From: Bacteroidales bacterium
GTDB taxonomy: Bacteria > Bacteroidota > Bacteroidia > Bacteroidales > UBA1715
Direction of reading: 5' to 3'
Length of the DNA: 64,000 bases
NCBI GenBank assembly: GCA_045600045.1
Contig: JAZRXD010000015.1
Span: 11,330-75,329, forward strand
The position numbers and the translations under genes are program-made. This document shows, piece by piece, positions 59,904 to 64,000 of the stretch (position 1 is the stretch's first letter; the number at the start of each line of letters is the position of its first letter). The notes beneath the pieces were generated by a model. The model had not been told where the DNA came from, did no database searches, and saw nothing but the letters and a program-made list of their open reading frames with translations.

Positions 59904-59911
59904 TATATTTG
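59904..59911 (+). promoter_or_regulatory. Bacteroidota -7 promoter box (TATATTTG)
   Basis: TATATTTG lies 21 nt upstream of ATG 59933. Confidence 0.5.
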
Positions 59912-59932
59912 TAATATGATGTTTTTTACAAA

Positions 59933-61744
59933 ATGAACCGACGACAATTCTTAAAACTATTCGGTGCTGGCGCAGCTACAACAGCTGCTGCTTTTGCTGG
60001 TTGCTCAAATAAAGCAGAACATTCAACAACAGAAACTGTCCTTGGCGAAATTCCAACGGATAAAATGACGTATAGAACCGATACTCATGGAGAAAAAGTT
60101 TCTTTGTTGGGATTTGGATGTATGCGTTTCCCAACGATTCAAGGGGAAAGTGGACGCGAGGATTCCGAGAATGCTCTTGACCAAGAAGAAATCAATAGAA
60201 TGGTTGACTATGCAATTGCACACGGTGTAAATTTGTTCGACACATCACCTGCGTATTGTCAAGGACGTTCGGAAAAAGCGGTTGGTATTGCGCTAAGCCG
60301 TCATAAGCGAAGCGAATATTTCGTATCGACCAAACTTTCAAATTTTGGCGTATTCACACGCGAAGCTTCGTTGGAGATGTATTACAATTCATTCAAGGAA
60401 TTGCAAGTCGATTATTTGGACTATTATTTACTGCATTCTGTTGGTGGTGGCGAAGATGCAATGGGTTATTTCCGCGCACGCTATATTGACAATGGAATAC
60501 TTGATTTTCTTATAGAAGAACGTGCGGCGGGACGAATCAAAAATCTTGGATTCTCGTATCACGGCGATATCCGCATTTTCGATTATTTATTATCACGTCA
60601 CGACGAAATTCATTGGGATTTCGTACTGATTCAGCATAATTATGTTGATTGGAATCACGCAAAGGACACAAATCCGCGGAATACCAATTCGGAATATCTC
60701 TATAACGAATTGGACAAACGCAATATCCCGATATTCGTAATGGAACCATTGCTTGGTGGACGTTTGGCGAATTTAAACGACCACGCTACGGCAATTCTCA
60801 AACAAAAAGAACCGAGTGCAAGTGTTGCATCTTGGGCTTTCAGGTTTGCAGGTTCAATGCCAAGAATTCTTACCGTTTTGAGTGGAATGACGTATATGGA
60901 ACATTTACAGGATAATATCCGTACGTATGCGCCGCTAAAACCACTCGACGACAGTGAATATGCAATGCTTGATGAAATTGCCCGTATGTATGTGAATTTT
61001 CCAATGGTTCCATGCAATACTTGTCAGTATTGTATGCCGTGTCCGTATGGATTGGATATTCCAGGCATTTTCAATCATTATAACAAATGTTTGAACGAAG
61101 GAAATGTTCAGGAAGACAGACAAAATCCTGAATATCGCAAAGCGCGCAAGGCATTTTTAATCGGGTATGACCGTAGTGTGCCAAAACTTCGTCAGGCAAA
61201 CCATTGTGTTGGTTGTGGAAAATGTATTCCGGCTTGTCCGCAGCGAATCGACATTCCTGCAGAAATGCAACGAATCGATAAATTCGTGGAAGATTTGAAA
61301 CAAGACGGCGCAGATCTTGGTTCGGCAGCAATCATGGCGATGTTAATCCGTCGCTTGGACGAAGGAAATTTCTCTTGTGTGATAAACAATAACGACGAAA
61401 CGCGGGTGTATGCAAAACGAGGTGTCCGCGATTTATATGAATTGAACCGTGACAACGATACTTTTATGAAAGGTGCCCGCATTGCAGACAAAGTGGTAGG
61501 TAAAGGCGCTGCAGCATTAATTGTACGCGGAGGAATGAAGGAAGTTCGTGCTCATGTCATTTGTACATCGGCGATAGAAATGTTGAAAGACAATGGCATA
61601 AAAGTTTCGTTCGATAAAGAAGTTCCTTACATTATCAATAATTCCAAAACAGACTGGTGTCCGTTGGAAAAATTGGTAAAAGATTGCAAAACAGCCGAAG
61701 AATGCTGGCCTATCATCGAAAAATTTGTGCTTAGTTTAGGATAG
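59933..61744 (+). CDS. Tat-signal lipoprotein: aldo/keto reductase + Cys-rich Fe-S motif + C-terminal DUF1893-like domain
   Basis: 603 aa. Twin-arginine signal with lipobox MNRRQFLKLFGAGAATTAAAFAGCS. AKR core (GFGCMRFP...NLFDTSPAYCQGRSEKAVG...STKLS..). Cys clusters CNTCQYCMPCP and CVGCGKCIPACP (ferredoxin-like). The C-terminal ~130 aa (IADKVVGKGAAALIVRGGMKEVRAHVICTSAIEMLKDNGIKVSFDKEVPYIINNSKTDWCPLEK) resemble the TM1506/DUF1893 family. Confidence 0.78.
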   Translation: MNRRQFLKLFGAGAATTAAAFAGCSNKAEHSTTETVLGEIPTDKMTYRTDTHGEKVSLLGFGCMRFPTIQGESGREDSENALDQEEINRMVDYAIAHGVNLFDTSPAYCQGRSEKAVGIALSRHKRSEYFVSTKLSNFGVFTREASLEMYYNSFKELQVDYLDYYLLHSVGGGEDAMGYFRARYIDNGILDFLIEERAAGRIKNLGFSYHGDIRIFDYLLSRHDEIHWDFVLIQHNYVDWNHAKDTNPRNTNSEYLYNELDKRNIPIFVMEPLLGGRLANLNDHATAILKQKEPSASVASWAFRFAGSMPRILTVLSGMTYMEHLQDNIRTYAPLKPLDDSEYAMLDEIARMYVNFPMVPCNTCQYCMPCPYGLDIPGIFNHYNKCLNEGNVQEDRQNPEYRKARKAFLIGYDRSVPKLRQANHCVGCGKCIPACPQRIDIPAEMQRIDKFVEDLKQDGADLGSAAIMAMLIRRLDEGNFSCVINNNDETRVYAKRGVRDLYELNRDNDTFMKGARIADKVVGKGAAALIVRGGMKEVRAHVICTSAIEMLKDNGIKVSFDKEVPYIINNSKTDWCPLEKLVKDCKTAEECWPIIEKFVLSLG

Positions 61745-61753
61745 AAAATTCAA

Positions 61754-61761
61754 TATATTTG
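61754..61761 (+). promoter_or_regulatory. Bacteroidota -7 promoter box (TATATTTG) for tatA-tatC
   Basis: TATATTTG lies 18 nt upstream of ATG 61780. Confidence 0.5.
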
Positions 61762-61779
61762 TAGAGAAATTTTGGAAAT

Positions 61780-61980
61780 ATGACACATACGTTATTATTC
61801 ATCGGAATGCAGGAAATAATTGTTATTGCAATTATTGTGTTACTACTTTTTGGAGGTAAAAAAATCCCTGAACTTATGAAAGGGCTTGGCAAAGGCGTTA
61901 AAAGTTTTAAGGACGGAATGAACGGAACCGACGAAAACGCTGAGAAACCTGCCGACAAAGATGAGCAACAAAAACAATAG
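61780..61980 (+). CDS. tatA: Twin-arginine translocase subunit TatA/E
   Basis: 66 aa. [33 protein letters not shown] is the canonical TatA TM plus amphipathic helix. Confidence 0.88.
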   Translation: MTHTLLFIGMQEIIVIAIIVLLLFGGKKIPELMKGLGKGVKSFKDGMNGTDENAEKPADKDEQQKQ

Positions 61981-62731
61981 CGAAGGTCTTACGTTTTGGG
62001 AGCATTTTGACGAATTGCGAACCGTTTTGATTCGCATTTTTGTTGCTGTTTTTGGCGTTGGTATTGTTGCCTTTTGCTTTAAGGATTTTCTGTTCTCTAT
62101 TGTCTTAGCTCCTAAAGACGAGAATTTTATCACATACCGTTTCTTCAAATTGCTTGGTGCCAATCTTGACAGTTTTTCCGTGAATTTAATCAATACGGAA
62201 CTTGCACAACAATTTATCATTCACTTAAAAATTGCGTTATATGCTGGAGCATTGTGCGTTTCACCATACATCATTTTTGCATTGTTCCGATTCGTCTCTC
62301 CGGCTTTGTATAAAAACGAGCGAAGGGCATCGCTTAAAGCGGTCGTTGGAGGATATGTAATGTTTATTTTGGGGGTATTGCTTACGTATTTTCTTATTTT
62401 TCCATTAACATTTCGTTTTTTGGGAACCTACCAAGTGAGCAATGAAGTTGTAAATTATATTTCTCTTACATCGTACATTGGCACGTTACTTACGTTGAGT
62501 TTGTTAATGGGCATTATGTTCGAGATTCCGATTGTGTGCTGGTTATTGGCCCGTATTGGATTATTAACCGCAGATTTTATGAAGAACTATCGCCGACACG
62601 CAATTGTTGTCATCTGCATTATGGCGGCAATTATCACGCCAACGGCCGATGCGTTCACATTGGGGATTGTTGCATTGCCAATATACTTGCTGTACGAAAT
62701 AAGTATTTTGATAGTAAAACGAAGCGAATAA
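61961..62731 (+). CDS. tatC: Twin-arginine translocase subunit TatC
   Basis: 256 aa. [18 protein letters not shown]-terminus and 6 TM segments. Overlaps tatA by 20 nt. Confidence 0.92.
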   Translation: MSNKNNSEGLTFWEHFDELRTVLIRIFVAVFGVGIVAFCFKDFLFSIVLAPKDENFITYRFFKLLGANLDSFSVNLINTELAQQFIIHLKIALYAGALCVSPYIIFALFRFVSPALYKNERRASLKAVVGGYVMFILGVLLTYFLIFPLTFRFLGTYQVSNEVVNYISLTSYIGTLLTLSLLMGIMFEIPIVCWLLARIGLLTADFMKNYRRHAIVVICIMAAIITPTADAFTLGIVALPIYLLYEISILIVKRSE

Positions 62732-62768
62732 ATAATCAGTATTGGCTCGCATATAAATCTAAAATCCC

Positions 62769-62776
62769 TATCTTTG
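62769..62776 (+). promoter_or_regulatory. Bacteroidota -7 promoter box (TATCTTTG) upstream of the ECF sigma gene
   Basis: TATCTTTG lies 65 nt upstream of ATG 62842. A second, ECF-like element (GTAACC-N16-AGTC, 62796-62821) lies between it and the ATG. Confidence 0.4.
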
Positions 62777-62841
62777 TAAAATTCACAAAATGAATGTAAC
62801 CATTTGTTTTTTCAATAAGTCTTGTAAATGAATTAAGAATA

Positions 62842-63396
62842 ATGTTTACCGACGATGAAATTATAGAAGGATGTTTTCGCAATGATAGGAAAATGCAGAA
62901 AGCCTTATACGACAAGTATGCATCGCGAATGTTTGCGGTATGTTTGCGCTACGCAAAAGACAAAGACGACGCGGCCGATATCTTGCAAGATGGATTTCTA
63001 AAAGTTTTTACGAAAATCGACCAATTCTCACGAGAACACTCTTTTGAAGGTTGGATGCGACGAGTAATGACAAACACAGCGATAACACATTATTACCAAA
63101 ATAAAAAATTCAACGAACAAGAAAAAATTGACGAAATAAACGAAACAGAAATAAAGGACTTTGATTTTAATGAAACAGAATTTTCGAACGAAGAATTGAT
63201 GGGCGTAATACAAACACTTCCTGATAATTACAGGATTGTTTTCAATATGTTCGCAATCGAAGGGTACAAACACAAAGAAATTTCGGATATGCTCAATATT
63301 GAAGTTTCAACCATAAAAACCCAATATCACCGCGCGAAAAAAATGATTCAAGCAAAATTGGAGGAATTGGCACAAGAAAAGAATTCGAATGTTTAA
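62842..63396 (+). CDS. RNA polymerase sigma-70 factor, ECF subfamily
   Basis: 184 aa. Region 2 (YASRMFAVCLRYAKDKDDAADILQDGFLKVF...FEGWMRRVMTNTAI) and region 4 HTH (YRIVFNMFAIEGYKHKEISDMLNIEVSTIKTQYHRAKKMI). Confidence 0.88.
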   Translation: MFTDDEIIEGCFRNDRKMQKALYDKYASRMFAVCLRYAKDKDDAADILQDGFLKVFTKIDQFSREHSFEGWMRRVMTNTAITHYYQNKKFNEQEKIDEINETEIKDFDFNETEFSNEELMGVIQTLPDNYRIVFNMFAIEGYKHKEISDMLNIEVSTIKTQYHRAKKMIQAKLEELAQEKNSNV

Positions 63397-64000
63397 CAAC
63401 GAGGACGACATAGAACAATTATTCAGCAATCGTTTCAAAGACGCCGAAGCTACGCCAGAAAACAATATCTGGGAAAAGCTCGAAGCTAATCTTGAAAAGC
63501 AGAATGTTGAAGGCATCTATCAGGCAGCTTTCCAAAATGCCGCAGTAGAACCTGCTGGCTCGGTTTGGAAAAAAATTGCAACTGCACTCGCATGGAAGTC
63601 GTTCCTTACATTCAAATTCTCGACTTTCAATATTTACTATGCTTCGGTTATCACTGCAATTTTAGGATTTTCGGCTTTCAAATTCCTTCAAAACGATAAG
63701 GCAACCGACCAATCCTCCGCTTCAAATATAGTACAACAACAAACTGAATCTACCCAAAACACCTCATTATTAACACAAAACGATATTGAACAAACTTCGT
63801 CGGACAATATCGAAACAACGGAAAAAAACATTGCGTCGAACGAAAAGAACTCAAACTACGGCAATTCAAATACCGAAGACGTTGTTTTATTTGAAGATTT
63901 GGCTGCTGATTTCAACAATAGCGGGAAAAAACCTAGAAAAGACGAACCAACAAGTTCCGTGGATTGGTCTTTTGTAAAAATAGTTGGGAACAATTCCATT
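63389..64000 (+). CDS. Putative anti-sigma/membrane protein, N-terminal part (continues past the right window edge)
   Basis: Absent from the ORF track because it has no stop in the window. ATG 63389 overlaps the sigma stop (ATGTTTAA, 8-nt overlap) and the frame stays open for 204 codons to the window end. Sequence: MFNNEDDIEQLFSNRFKDAEATPENNIWEKLEANL... It has one TM segment (FNIYYASVITAILGFSAF) followed by a Q/N/S/T/E-rich region. Confidence 0.5.
   Translation, partial: MFNNEDDIEQLFSNRFKDAEATPENNIWEKLEANLEKQNVEGIYQAAFQNAAVEPAGSVWKKIATALAWKSFLTFKFSTFNIYYASVITAILGFSAFKFLQNDKATDQSSASNIVQQQTESTQNTSLLTQNDIEQTSSDNIETTEKNIASNEKNSNYGNSNTEDVVLFEDLAADFNNSGKKPRKDEPTSSVDWSFVKIVGNNSI

Overview
AT-rich chromosomal segment with the hallmarks of a Bacteroidota genome: recurrent TAnnTTTG -7 promoter boxes, type IX secretion (T9SS) C-terminal sorting domains and PorP/SprF genes. 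I found no rRNA, tRNA, CRISPR array, transposase or integrase. About 40 protein genes are tightly packed. Many are housekeeping: lptB, guaB, tpiA, uvrC, gap, ruvC, thrC, metG, rluD, nudC, tatAC and an exbB-exbD-exbD cluster. Interleaved with these is a dense set of T9SS-related genes. They include an edge-truncated SprB-repeat protein, a 1484-aa adhesin with a type-B sorting domain plus its overlapping PorP/SprF partner, and a convergent operon of PorP/SprF, a PorE-like protein and a 1622-aa C25 (gingipain/PorU-like) peptidase. There is also a second, more canonical PorE-like TPR/beta-propeller/OmpA protein and a 3383-aa GH8 glycoside hydrolase carrying about 10 Big_2 modules, Cys-bracketed Ig-like modules and a type-A T9SS sorting domain. 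The features I would look at again are: the PorP-PorE-like-C25 operon, whose stop codon directly abuts that of the type-B cargo pair (TAG|CTA); the giant GH8 protein; a frameshifted remnant of a SpoIIE/PP2C phosphatase gene upstream of it; a Tat-signal lipoprotein fusing an aldo/keto reductase, an Fe-S motif and a DUF1893-like domain next to tatAC; an AsnB-like amidotransferase lacking the Cys nucleophile in a small glycan locus; and helically phased ATGTTA direct repeats in the Na/Pi-cotransporter promoter. Two genes that run off the window edges (1-1205 minus, 63389-64000 plus) are missing from the supplied ORF track. All family assignments come from motif recognition by eye. No database searches were run.
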